Source: Methanobacteriota archaeon
GTDB lineage: Archaea > Thermoplasmatota > Thermoplasmata > SG8-5 > JAGLSY01
Reading direction: 5' to 3'
Length of the DNA: 64,000 nt
NCBI GenBank assembly: GCA_020697715.1
Contig: JAEHCO010000001.1
Span: 2,222 to 66,221 of the forward strand
Positions 20,102-28,648 of this stretch are shown here, piece by piece. Position 1 is the first letter of the stretch, and each line of letters opens with the position of its first letter. The notes beneath the pieces are model-generated. The model searched no databases, was not told the DNA's origin, and saw only the letters and a list, made by a program, of their open reading frames with translations. The translations under genes were made by a program, and so were the position numbers.

Positions 20102-23089
20102 CTAGGCCCTTATTCTTCTGAACACTGCTGTTGCGACAGCTGTGATCGAGAACAATGAAGCGATCAGCAAGAACGAGGGGAACGGTGTCTCCTGTTCAGT
20201 ACCGGGAGTGACAGTATCCTCATCAACATCTAGTATACCGTCTCCATCATCGTCGTCATCGTCTACGTCTGGGATGCCGTCATTGTCATCATCAGTGTCG
20301 GTGGCATCTGGAATACCGTCGCCGTCAGTATCGATTTCAACGGTGCCAGGGCCAGTGACCTCATCCAGATTAATGACATTTATCGGGATGGACTGTGTTC
20401 CATTCTTGTAGTCCTTCATATTGCCACCATCCGAATACTGACCGAATGCTATCACACTTACTGTGTACTCTTTGTCTGCGTCTATGTCCGCTGCCTGGAA
20501 CGAGAAGGTCGCTTCTCCGTTTGAATCTGTTGTTGCGAACAATGGCGAGACTATGGGACCTTCAGGGTCCACCTGTATCACCACATTCATTCCAGATAAT
20601 GGTTCATAATCATTACCATTCTTGGTCACAGTCGCAGTAACACTTGTCAAACCAGGTGCATCAGCTGCATCCTTATCATCCACCACATCAGGGTTGGCTT
20701 CCAGCTGTACTGCAAGGAAGTCCACACCTTCTGGATATGCGGTCATCAAGGTCAGTTTATTAGGTGCATCGTCGTATCCTTCGATCTCCGCACTCTTGAT
20801 CTCAATAAGAATACCTGAACCGTTCTTGTAAAGATCTGGGTACAATAATTCATCGTTTGGAACATATGGTGCTGTGAAAGTGGTTCTCAATTTCCCAGTT
20901 GAATCTGTTGTTCCATTGTATACGGACAGTGTTCCATTGGTCACTGCGAGTTCGACAAATGCGTTCTTGACTGGCTCTCTTGTAAGAGATCCATCAGCGT
21001 TCTTCGTGATCCCTGTAATAAGTACATCTACATCGGCAGTTGCATTAGATTCGATAGCTGATACTGTGTTAACGAATCTGGCATTCAACCACTTGTTTGA
21101 TGGTGGTCTCAGTTCAAGGATGGATCTCCAGTTGTATATGGAACCTGATGATCCTGTTACCCAGCCTGTGAACCTGTCTGCACGGTAAGCTTCGATATTG
21201 GTCCTGAAGTAGAGAACATCGTATGGCAGATCGTAAGCAATTGCCGCCTGAGCATCCAATATAAGGTTAAGCCTAGCATCTTCATCTCCAGTTTCCCTTG
21301 CATTATCGATTATCTCATCGAAACTGGTATTGGAATATCCTGGGTAATTCTGACCTGCTGCTGCTGTGCTGGAATGGAAGAAAGCATACAAGAAATCTGT
21401 TGGATCGCTACCAATGCTCCATCCAAGAATGTACATGTCAAAGTCCCTTTGATCAATATGGTTGACAATGGTTCCGAAATCCATAGCAATGGACTCTGCA
21501 TATATACCAACATCCTGCATCTGCTTGGCTATCATCAATCCAGCCTGTGCTCTTATCGGATCATAATCTGCAGGTGGTGTATATATCTCTATTTTGCCAC
21601 CATCTGCATTGCCGATGTTCGAGCCATCTGGGTTAAGCCACCAGTTACCATTTCCTGGCTCGGCTCCTGGATTGGTCAATTTATATCCAGCCCTTGAAAG
21701 AATATCTTTGGACTCCTCTGGGTCAAATGCATACCTTGGAATTGTATCATTGTACCATGTACTGATAGATGATACAGGTCCATCTCCAGGTATACCGAAG
21801 TTCTGAAGCAGTCTCTGAACAATGGTCTGCTTATCGATACAGTGAGCTATGGCCTTCCTTAGTGGCATACCTACATCATTACCATTATCGTCGTATCCGA
21901 AGGATCTCTTGTTTGGTCTCATATTGTAAGCCAAGTAGAAGAAACCTTTCTCAGCAGATTGCTTGACACCAAGATCTGGCTCGTTCATTATTTCCTGAAC
22001 GAAGGTTGGTGGAATGGACCATGCAATGTAGTCCACATCATTGTTCTTCAGAGCCAATACGGCCTGTTCTGCTGTCTTGTAGATCTTGAAAACCATTGCC
22101 TCGATGGTGGGTTGTTTTGCAACTTCATTGACATCGTAGGTAGGGTTCCAGCCCTCTTTGTAAAAGTGCTCCCTGTATGTGGTGATCTTTGAGCTAACAC
22201 CGACATTCCATGAGGAGAACTTGAATACTCCACTGCCAACTGGGTTTGGGTTGTCCCAAGCCAAAGCTGCTCCGGAATCCCATGCTTGTGGGCTGTCCTT
22301 GGTGTAGCCTGGATCTGACCAGATGAGCATTCCATCCTGTGGCTGTCCTGATTCTGTGTATCCCCATACGTGGTATGGGATTAAGAAAGCTGATAGTGTG
22401 TTCCTGAAAAAGTCAGCGAAAGGTGTCTGGAGCTCGAACCTCAGTCCGGCCTGCAGTTTATCCGCACTCTCGTAAACCTTCTGGATGTGTAGGTAATTTG
22501 TGTCAGTGTGGTTTGTGCCGGCTTCTCCGCCCTTGTCCATCAAACACTTGACACTGGATACCCAGTCTGGAAGCTGTGACTGAACGTGATATGCGAACAT
22601 AACATCTCTAATGGTCATCTGTGTTCCATCATGCCATGTCACGTCTGTAAAATCGTAGAAGATCGTTGTCTCAGCGAGACCTGTCATTCCAGGATCCCAG
22701 TCTTCCTCTGGTGTGAATCCAAAGATGCCCTGGTTCATGTCGTCCCAGCCCCAGGCGTCATCCGCGCCCTTGCCGGTACCATTGGCAGAGCCAACGGCTA
22801 TGTAAGGGATTATCTCATCCGTGTTTGGATCGGAGTTAAGTGGACCCTCATAGAGATATCCAATAACATTCCATGTCCAGACATCCCCTGCAACTAGGGG
22901 ATTCAGGGTCTTGAGATCATCCTGCATAGCTACTTTCAAAATATATGTGTCATCTTCACTCTGTCTTGTACCCGCATCTGGGGCCGCAACAGCTACTGGG
23001 AAAGCGCTTAATACCATCACAAATACAAATGCTATTGATAAAGCTGCTATCCCCTTGCTCCTAATACTATCATTTTTGACCATTGTCAT
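20102..23089 (-). CDS. ABC transporter substrate-binding protein (family 5, peptide/nickel type) with C-terminal Ca-binding repeat and TM anchor
   Basis: 995 aa; signal peptide, SBP family-5 core, C-terminal DTDGDGIPD…DDDNDGIPD thrombospondin-type-3-like repeats then hydrophobic anchor. Confidence 0.8.
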   Translation of the reverse strand: MTMVKNDSIRSKGIAALSIAFVFVMVLSAFPVAVAAPDAGTRQSEDDTYILKVAMQDDLKTLNPLVAGDVWTWNVIGYLYEGPLNSDPNTDEIIPYIAVGSANGTGKGADDAWGWDDMNQGIFGFTPEEDWDPGMTGLAETTIFYDFTDVTWHDGTQMTIRDVMFAYHVQSQLPDWVSSVKCLMDKGGEAGTNHTDTNYLHIQKVYESADKLQAGLRFELQTPFADFFRNTLSAFLIPYHVWGYTESGQPQDGMLIWSDPGYTKDSPQAWDSGAALAWDNPNPVGSGVFKFSSWNVGVSSKITTYREHFYKEGWNPTYDVNEVAKQPTIEAMVFKIYKTAEQAVLALKNNDVDYIAWSIPPTFVQEIMNEPDLGVKQSAEKGFFYLAYNMRPNKRSFGYDDNGNDVGMPLRKAIAHCIDKQTIVQRLLQNFGIPGDGPVSSISTWYNDTIPRYAFDPEESKDILSRAGYKLTNPGAEPGNGNWWLNPDGSNIGNADGGKIEIYTPPADYDPIRAQAGLMIAKQMQDVGIYAESIAMDFGTIVNHIDQRDFDMYILGWSIGSDPTDFLYAFFHSSTAAAGQNYPGYSNTSFDEIIDNARETGDEDARLNLILDAQAAIAYDLPYDVLYFRTNIEAYRADRFTGWVTGSSGSIYNWRSILELRPPSNKWLNARFVNTVSAIESNATADVDVLITGITKNADGSLTREPVKNAFVELAVTNGTLSVYNGTTDSTGKLRTTFTAPYVPNDELLYPDLYKNGSGILIEIKSAEIEGYDDAPNKLTLMTAYPEGVDFLAVQLEANPDVVDDKDAADAPGLTSVTATVTKNGNDYEPLSGMNVVIQVDPEGPIVSPLFATTDSNGEATFSFQAADIDADKEYTVSVIAFGQYSDGGNMKDYKNGTQSIPINVINLDEVTGPGTVEIDTDGDGIPDATDTDDDNDGIPDVDDDDDDGDGILDVDEDTVTPGTEQETPFPSFLLIASLFSITAVATAVFRRIRA

Positions 23090-23231
23090 TACCTCCTTAT
23101 ATGATATCCAGCAACGTAAATTCTGATGGAATTCAAGTCCGCTGTAAGTGGTGACTATATTTATATTTTATTGGAATTTGTTTTAGTCATCATTAGTTGA
23201 TATAACATCAGTTCATGGTATAAAAGCAAAC

Positions 23232-23343
23232 TTGTACAGATTTTTGTCTAATATAAATGGTTTGTGGTATAAGGCTTTGTACAAAACATTGTTCTAATGA
23301 TCGATCGGAGCGAATATAACGCCAAAAATCGAGACTTGTACAA
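23232..23343 (-). promoter_or_regulatory. opp operon upstream region with conserved motif copy b and three TTGTACA(A/G) palindromic half-sites
   Basis: Motif at 23232-23286 matches copies a and c; TTGTACA at 23232, 23278 and 23336. Confidence 0.5.
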
Positions 23344-23400
23344 ATATGATAATTATTATGAAATAATCAAGTGATTGAATAAGTAAATGATATTATATGA

Positions 23401-24468
23401 TCAGGCAAGTTCATCATTTATGAAATAATGTTTCTTAACACCACTTCTCTCGAACCTAAGAATGTCCTTTCTTACAAGTATATTGAGATTGTAACTTATA
23501 GATTGCTGGCTCATTCCCAATCCTAATGCTATCTCAGACTGGGTCATACCTTCTGCCTGCCTCAGACAATCTATTATGCTAAGCTGGAGATCACTCAACC
23601 TAATTCCCTTGTTCTTAGAGTGCTTGACACCCATTGGATAGAAACGTTTGTAGGTTCCATCTCTATGGGATTTGACAAAGCCCTGCATCTCCAATGTTCT
23701 AAGATGATGGGATAAAGTGCCATTTGTGACCTTCAATTCCTGCTTTATCGCATTATAATGGGAACCTGGATGAGATATGATATGTCCATATATCTGACCT
23801 CGAACGAAATGGTCGAGAACCTCTTCCTTCTTAACTCGAGAGTAAAGCGGGATGAAGACCAGTTTGAGCATACCATATTTACCGACCTCGGTAGCTATGG
23901 CCCCTAGGCCAAGTAATAGAAGAGTGCTTGCCCCTATGTACAAGACCTCCTTCTCTATCTGTGTTATAGGAATAGGAACTGGATCATCAACAGCATCATC
24001 TATGGGTTCATCAGGAAGAAAAAGGATCGTGACCTCCATTGAATCAACAGCGGCCTCATACCCATTATAGGTGGCTAGGGCATTCAGAAGTATGGTATTG
24101 TCCTCGGTCACATATCCAACAATTATGAATTGCGATATGCCATCTATATTAGTCACATCTTCTATAGCGGTTATCGTGACATTGTCAGGAAGGGTGGATG
24201 TCAGGTTCACATTAGCTCCCTGCACTGGCCATTCATTTTCCATGACCTTCACGGTGACATATAAAGAATCATTGGAATTCACAACATCCTGATCTATTAA
24301 GAATTCTATATCAAGATAGCCTTCACTAATACTTGTATCAGAAGATGAGAACATATCATCCGCGCTGACGATAGGCATGAGGGAAAGAGCAGTAAGTGAT
24401 AGAGCTAGTACTACCAAAATACCTATGAAATAGCCTTCTCGGCAAGCTCCGCTCTCATTCCTTCTCAT
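23401..24468 (-). CDS. Membrane-anchored transcriptional regulator with two C-terminal winged-HTH domains (ArsR/MarR-like)
   Basis: 355 aa; N-terminal signal/TM, extracellular domain, second TM, then wHTH segments (YNAIKQELKVTNGTLSHHLRTLE; MTQSEIALGLGMSQQSISYNLNILV). Confidence 0.65.
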   Translation of the reverse strand: MRRNESGACREGYFIGILVVLALSLTALSLMPIVSADDMFSSSDTSISEGYLDIEFLIDQDVVNSNDSLYVTVKVMENEWPVQGANVNLTSTLPDNVTITAIEDVTNIDGISQFIIVGYVTEDNTILLNALATYNGYEAAVDSMEVTILFLPDEPIDDAVDDPVPIPITQIEKEVLYIGASTLLLLGLGAIATEVGKYGMLKLVFIPLYSRVKKEEVLDHFVRGQIYGHIISHPGSHYNAIKQELKVTNGTLSHHLRTLEMQGFVKSHRDGTYKRFYPMGVKHSKNKGIRLSDLQLSIIDCLRQAEGMTQSEIALGLGMSQQSISYNLNILVRKDILRFERSGVKKHYFINDELA

Positions 24469-24504
24469 AATTATAAATATGTAACCGGAGGTATATAAAG
24501 AGAT

Positions 24505-24545
24505 TTGTACGCGGTTTTGTCTAATATTTAAGGTTTGCGGTTTAT
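24505..24545 (-). promoter_or_regulatory. Conserved promoter/operator motif, copy c
   Basis: TTGTACGCGGTTTTGTCTAATATTTAAGGTTTGCGGT, 37-70 bp upstream of the wHTH regulator start; shares identical 13-mer TTTTGTCTAATAT with copy b. Confidence 0.45.
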
Positions 24546-25070
24546 TGAATGTAAAACAGCAGGAATTATACCCATCGCTGTACAGGTCTCCAGGGATAGT
24601 CCTTTTTGCGTTATGTCCAGATGATGGTTTCCGACCTCGAACACCTTCTTTGGAAGACCATGCGGACCGAGGCCAATGAGTAATAGCACAGATTTGCCTC
24701 TTTTGACCTGACTGGCCACTTCATCTGGAGCGATGCTTTTCTTCGCATCAGGCTTGCGAGTTGTGACGATCACATCACCAAATTGCGGAGGGAAACCTTT
24801 TTTCGGCATATCAAAAGCTTGAAAGCGACCAGCCTCGGCCAGTTCTATCAAGTACTGGCCGTTGTCTCCTATCGAAGTTGTTTCGGAGATCCACTCCACG
24901 ATATCTGCTGGTGTGCGCATTTCCCGATCATAGGGAAAGCCGAATGTAACTAGATTACAATCGAATGCCAGAGCGACCGGACCAGCTCTGGCCAGTGCCC
25001 TTCTGTGGGCTTCCCTTATCTTCTTCGGATCATAGCAATTGTACAGACCGAGGGTCATTCTTCCGGGCAT
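24528..25070 (-). CDS. SPOUT-class RNA methyltransferase-like protein (possibly tRNA 2'-O-methyltransferase)
   Basis: ORF track gives 24528-25262; the 5' extension would overlap folD, so start placed at internal Met (MPGRMTLGLY…); C-terminal knot-like motifs VLLLIGLGPHGLPK and LSLETCTAMGIIPAVL. Confidence 0.45.
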   Translation of the reverse strand: MPGRMTLGLYNCYDPKKIREAHRRALARAGPVALAFDCNLVTFGFPYDREMRTPADIVEWISETTSIGDNGQYLIELAEAGRFQAFDMPKKGFPPQFGDVIVTTRKPDAKKSIAPDEVASQVKRGKSVLLLIGLGPHGLPKKVFEVGNHHLDITQKGLSLETCTAMGIIPAVLHSINRKP

Positions 25071-25122
25071 GAGAGGGGACAATAGCCAATATTCAAATAG
25101 GCTTTTGGGTATATTCGACCGG

Positions 25123-26001
25123 ATGACAGCCAAGATCATTGATGGGAAGGGTATTGCGGAACAGGTGAAAGAGGAGCTTGGGCCAGCTATTAAGAGTTTG
25201 GGCGAAAGAGGTATAATCCCTGGACTGGCTGCCGTCATAGTGGGGGACGACCCCGCATCCAAGACCTATGTTGCGATGAAAGAGAGAGCATGTGATAGGC
25301 TGGGCATCAATAGTTTTGTGCATCGGCTTCCAGAGGAGACCACGGAATCCGAGCTACTGGCACTTGTTCAAGACCTGAATACCGATGATAAAATTCATGG
25401 CATCCTGGTCCAGATGCCAGTGCCCGATCATATCGACTCCAACAAGATACTAGATGCCATTGCCCAGGCAAAGGATGTGGACGGATTCAGCGCCGATTCC
25501 CTGGGAAAGATCATGTCCGGCAGGGAGTACTTCGTCCCCGCCACCCCCTTGGGCGTCATGGTCCTACTCGAAAGGTCGGGGATCGACCCATCTGGAAAGC
25601 ACGCTGTCATTGTTGGTCGAAGCAATATCGTGGGCAAACCACTGGCCAACCTCCTGATGCAGAAAAAGCAAGGAGCGAATGCCACGGTCACCATTTGCCA
25701 TTCCCGGACACCTGACGTGAGTGTTTTCACACGTCAGGCCGATATTCTTATCGCGGCCATCGGAGTGCCTGGATACATCAAGGCAGATATGGTCAAGCCT
25801 GGAGCTGTGATCATAGATGTGGGAATTAACAGCGTGGACGACCCAACGAAAAAGCGAGGCTACCGTCTTGTCGGAGATGTGGATTTTGATGCGGTATCGG
25901 AAGTGGCCAGTGCCATAACTCCGGTTCCCAAAGGTGTGGGGCCGATGACTATCGCGATGTTGATGAGTAATGTCGTCAAAGCCGCCGAGAATGGGCTTTG
26001 A
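25123..26001 (+). CDS. folD: Bifunctional 5,10-methylene-tetrahydrofolate dehydrogenase/cyclohydrolase
   Basis: Start placed at ATG 25123 (MTAKIIDGKG…); FolD motifs YVAMKERA, GILVQMPVP, VIVGRSNIVGKP. Confidence 0.9.
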   Translation: MTAKIIDGKGIAEQVKEELGPAIKSLGERGIIPGLAAVIVGDDPASKTYVAMKERACDRLGINSFVHRLPEETTESELLALVQDLNTDDKIHGILVQMPVPDHIDSNKILDAIAQAKDVDGFSADSLGKIMSGREYFVPATPLGVMVLLERSGIDPSGKHAVIVGRSNIVGKPLANLLMQKKQGANATVTICHSRTPDVSVFTRQADILIAAIGVPGYIKADMVKPGAVIIDVGINSVDDPTKKRGYRLVGDVDFDAVSEVASAITPVPKGVGPMTIAMLMSNVVKAAENGL

Positions 26002-26089
26002 CATCACATTATCATACGATGAGTAATGTTGTTAAGGCTGCGACAAAAAGTTAACACCCCGTTAACTTTTTGATTTTTAGATATCTGGC

Positions 26090-28591
26090 TCAGCCCAATC
26101 TATCATACGGATTCTGGGATTCCACATACGAAACAGTACCCTCTTCGGATGGTTTCCCTTCTTCTATTTTTAGGTGACCGCTCTCATCATATTCGTCCTC
26201 ATCTGGCTCAGGCATGTCTGGATCCCTATCATCAGGATGTTGAGACTCAGGCTTTCGTCCAAAACCAAGGCCAGCCAGAACTCCCAGGATACCGGCTATC
26301 GCAGGTGCGATGACCGCCCAAAGAGGGATCTTCTCCTTTTCCACAACCCGAACTTCATCCGTGCCATTGAAGGTCAGAGTAGGCGCATCCAGGAAGTCCG
26401 CCACACCATCACCGTCCGAGTCCGGGGGAAGGGACGTGGCATCAAGAGGATCGGAGCCTGCCAGTATCTCGACGATATCACGCCAGCCATCGCCATCCGA
26501 GTCAGAATCCTCCAATCCATCGGTGAGGTTCAGGGTCTGATTTTGATAAATGACATTGGTATTGTTGCTATACTCGGTCAGATTGGACCAGACCGTGCCA
26601 TTGCTGTACTCGGTCAAGTTCGCCCACTGGGTGCCATTATTGTATTCTGTGAGATTCGCCCACTCTGTGGAGTTGGTGAAGTCTGTGAGATTGTTGTATA
26701 TCTGCTTCTCGATGAAATCTGGATCCATGAAATCCGCCACACCGTCGAGGTCAGCGTCGCCTGGCATGCTGGAATTGTCGGTCGTGTTCGTGCCGGATAT
26801 CACCTCTATTATGTCCAGCCAGCCATCATCGTCATCATCGGTATCTGCGTTATTGCCGATTCCATCGCCATCCGTGTCCAGGCTTTCGAGTGGATCAAAG
26901 GGGAAGATGTCATTGGTGTCCGGAACACCATCATCATCATCATCCAGATCCACAGAATCTGCCAGTCCATCACCGTCAAAGTCAGCAGAGATGGCAAGTG
27001 TGAATTGGGTTGATACCGCATTCCCATTATTGTCTGTGGCTGTCACTTCAACTTCGTAGCTTCCTGCCATATCTGGCCAGCCAGATAGGACCCCGCTGGC
27101 TGAGTCCATCCACAGCCAACTTGCATTGGTATTGATGCTCCATGTATGTGTGTCAGCTCCATCAACATCTGTAAGATCATAATCATTTGAATATAGCTGA
27201 CCAGCTTGGCCAGCGAAGATGTTGGCTGTGTCGATTGTCTGAAGGTCGTTGGTGTTCAGGGCATTGATGATGACATTTGTAGTGAAGGAACGGCCATATC
27301 CGTCTGTCGTGTTGTAAGTGAATCCATCGGTGCCAGTCCAGTTGGCATCAGGCAGGACCGACAGATTATTGCCAGAAAAGGAAACCTGGCAATTTGTTCC
27401 ATTTGAAAAGCCAGTTATCGTGAACTCGTTCTGGTCTGGTGCGTCATTGGCCAGCACGTTGATTATCGTGCTGGTGTCTTCTGTAATATTGAACTCGTCC
27501 CACAATGGGGTGTAGCCCCAGACTATCTTATAGATATTCAGCTCGCTTGGACCATTGTTAATACCTGTGGCAATATACTTATCGTCAGGACTCCATACCG
27601 CACACTGGGTGGTCAAGCCATAGGACACAGTAGAAATCAAAGTTAAGGTTATTCCATCGAAGAAAAAGAGGTAGCACTCTGGATTTCCTCCTGAGACACC
27701 AGCGACAATTAGGTAACGACCGTCAGAGCTCCAGTCTGCTGATAAGAGCGAGTTTGCTGAATTGAAGCTATCGATTATAGTTAGGGTATTACCATTAAAC
27801 ATCAGAACACTACACTCATATCCACCAGCTCCAGTGTCGCCTGAGATAGCCAAGTATTGACCATCAGGCCTCCAATTGACATCCTCTACATGAGCACCGT
27901 GTGAAAATTGAGCGACCATTATCAATGAAGATCCTGTAAAAAAGAGAACACGCACCTCAACAGCTGCATTGGTATCACCGCCCATTGCAAGATAGTTGCC
28001 ATCAGGGGACCAGTGTACGTCATTTACATCAGCACCGTGGTTGTAGCTGTCTAACTGGAAAAGGCTGGTACCATCAAAAATGAGGATCCAGACTAAATTG
28101 TCCACGCCACAGGAGGCAATATAATTGCCGTTTGGGCTCCAAGATACAGATAATACATCTGCCGAAGTAATGAAGCTGTCTATTTGGGTCAACATTGCTC
28201 CATTGAAAGCGAACACTCTAACACTATCATCCATACCACCCACAGCAATGTACTGGCCGTCTGGGCTCCAGTCGACAGCGTAACAGCTGAAGGCAAACGA
28301 ATAGCTGTCTATCTCATAGAGGTTATTGTTTAGTAAACGCAATACCCTAAGATTATCGCTTAGGCTTGCGATGGCCACATATTGGCCATCGGGGCTCCAT
28401 GCAATATCTCTAATCCCGTCATTATCATCATATTGCTCCAACAAGAATTTATCGGCGTATTGGGTCTCGAAAGTGGGACTTACTGCCTCTTGAGGCTGTG
28501 CTCCTTTTACATTGTCCAGCATCATAAACAATGAGCTGAAAACTAACATTAAACTTATCATCAATACGGTAATTTTCCTCATATCCTTCAC
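26090..28591 (-). CDS. Large membrane-anchored surface protein: beta-propeller head, Ig-like domain, Ca-binding TSP3-like repeats, NxT sequon stalk, TM, acidic tail
   Basis: 833 aa; signal peptide; seven WSPDGQY(I/V)A-type repeats; DFDGDGLADSVDLDDDDDG…; 12-aa repeats EWANLTEYNNGT; C-terminal hydrophobic helix and Asp/Glu/Pro tail. Confidence 0.75.
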   Translation of the reverse strand: MKDMRKITVLMISLMLVFSSLFMMLDNVKGAQPQEAVSPTFETQYADKFLLEQYDDNDGIRDIAWSPDGQYVAIASLSDNLRVLRLLNNNLYEIDSYSFAFSCYAVDWSPDGQYIAVGGMDDSVRVFAFNGAMLTQIDSFITSADVLSVSWSPNGNYIASCGVDNLVWILIFDGTSLFQLDSYNHGADVNDVHWSPDGNYLAMGGDTNAAVEVRVLFFTGSSLIMVAQFSHGAHVEDVNWRPDGQYLAISGDTGAGGYECSVLMFNGNTLTIIDSFNSANSLLSADWSSDGRYLIVAGVSGGNPECYLFFFDGITLTLISTVSYGLTTQCAVWSPDDKYIATGINNGPSELNIYKIVWGYTPLWDEFNITEDTSTIINVLANDAPDQNEFTITGFSNGTNCQVSFSGNNLSVLPDANWTGTDGFTYNTTDGYGRSFTTNVIINALNTNDLQTIDTANIFAGQAGQLYSNDYDLTDVDGADTHTWSINTNASWLWMDSASGVLSGWPDMAGSYEVEVTATDNNGNAVSTQFTLAISADFDGDGLADSVDLDDDDDGVPDTNDIFPFDPLESLDTDGDGIGNNADTDDDDDGWLDIIEVISGTNTTDNSSMPGDADLDGVADFMDPDFIEKQIYNNLTDFTNSTEWANLTEYNNGTQWANLTEYSNGTVWSNLTEYSNNTNVIYQNQTLNLTDGLEDSDSDGDGWRDIVEILAGSDPLDATSLPPDSDGDGVADFLDAPTLTFNGTDEVRVVEKEKIPLWAVIAPAIAGILGVLAGLGFGRKPESQHPDDRDPDMPEPDEDEYDESGHLKIEEGKPSEEGTVSYVESQNPYDRLG

Positions 28592-28648
28592 CCTGATTAT
28601 CTCTAAAAGGTAATCGGGCGGCGGGATAATAACATTTCCGTAATATTG

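Noticed and set aside
25039-25122. 28-aa N-terminal extension of folD
   Set aside because: FolD homology starts at MTAKIIDGKG (25123); the extension would overlap the divergent SPOUT-like gene and its promoter.
26174-27059. Plus-strand ORFs of 279 and 169 aa inside the beta-propeller surface-protein gene
   Set aside because: They are antisense to a long minus-strand gene with clear repeat and domain structure; no independent support.
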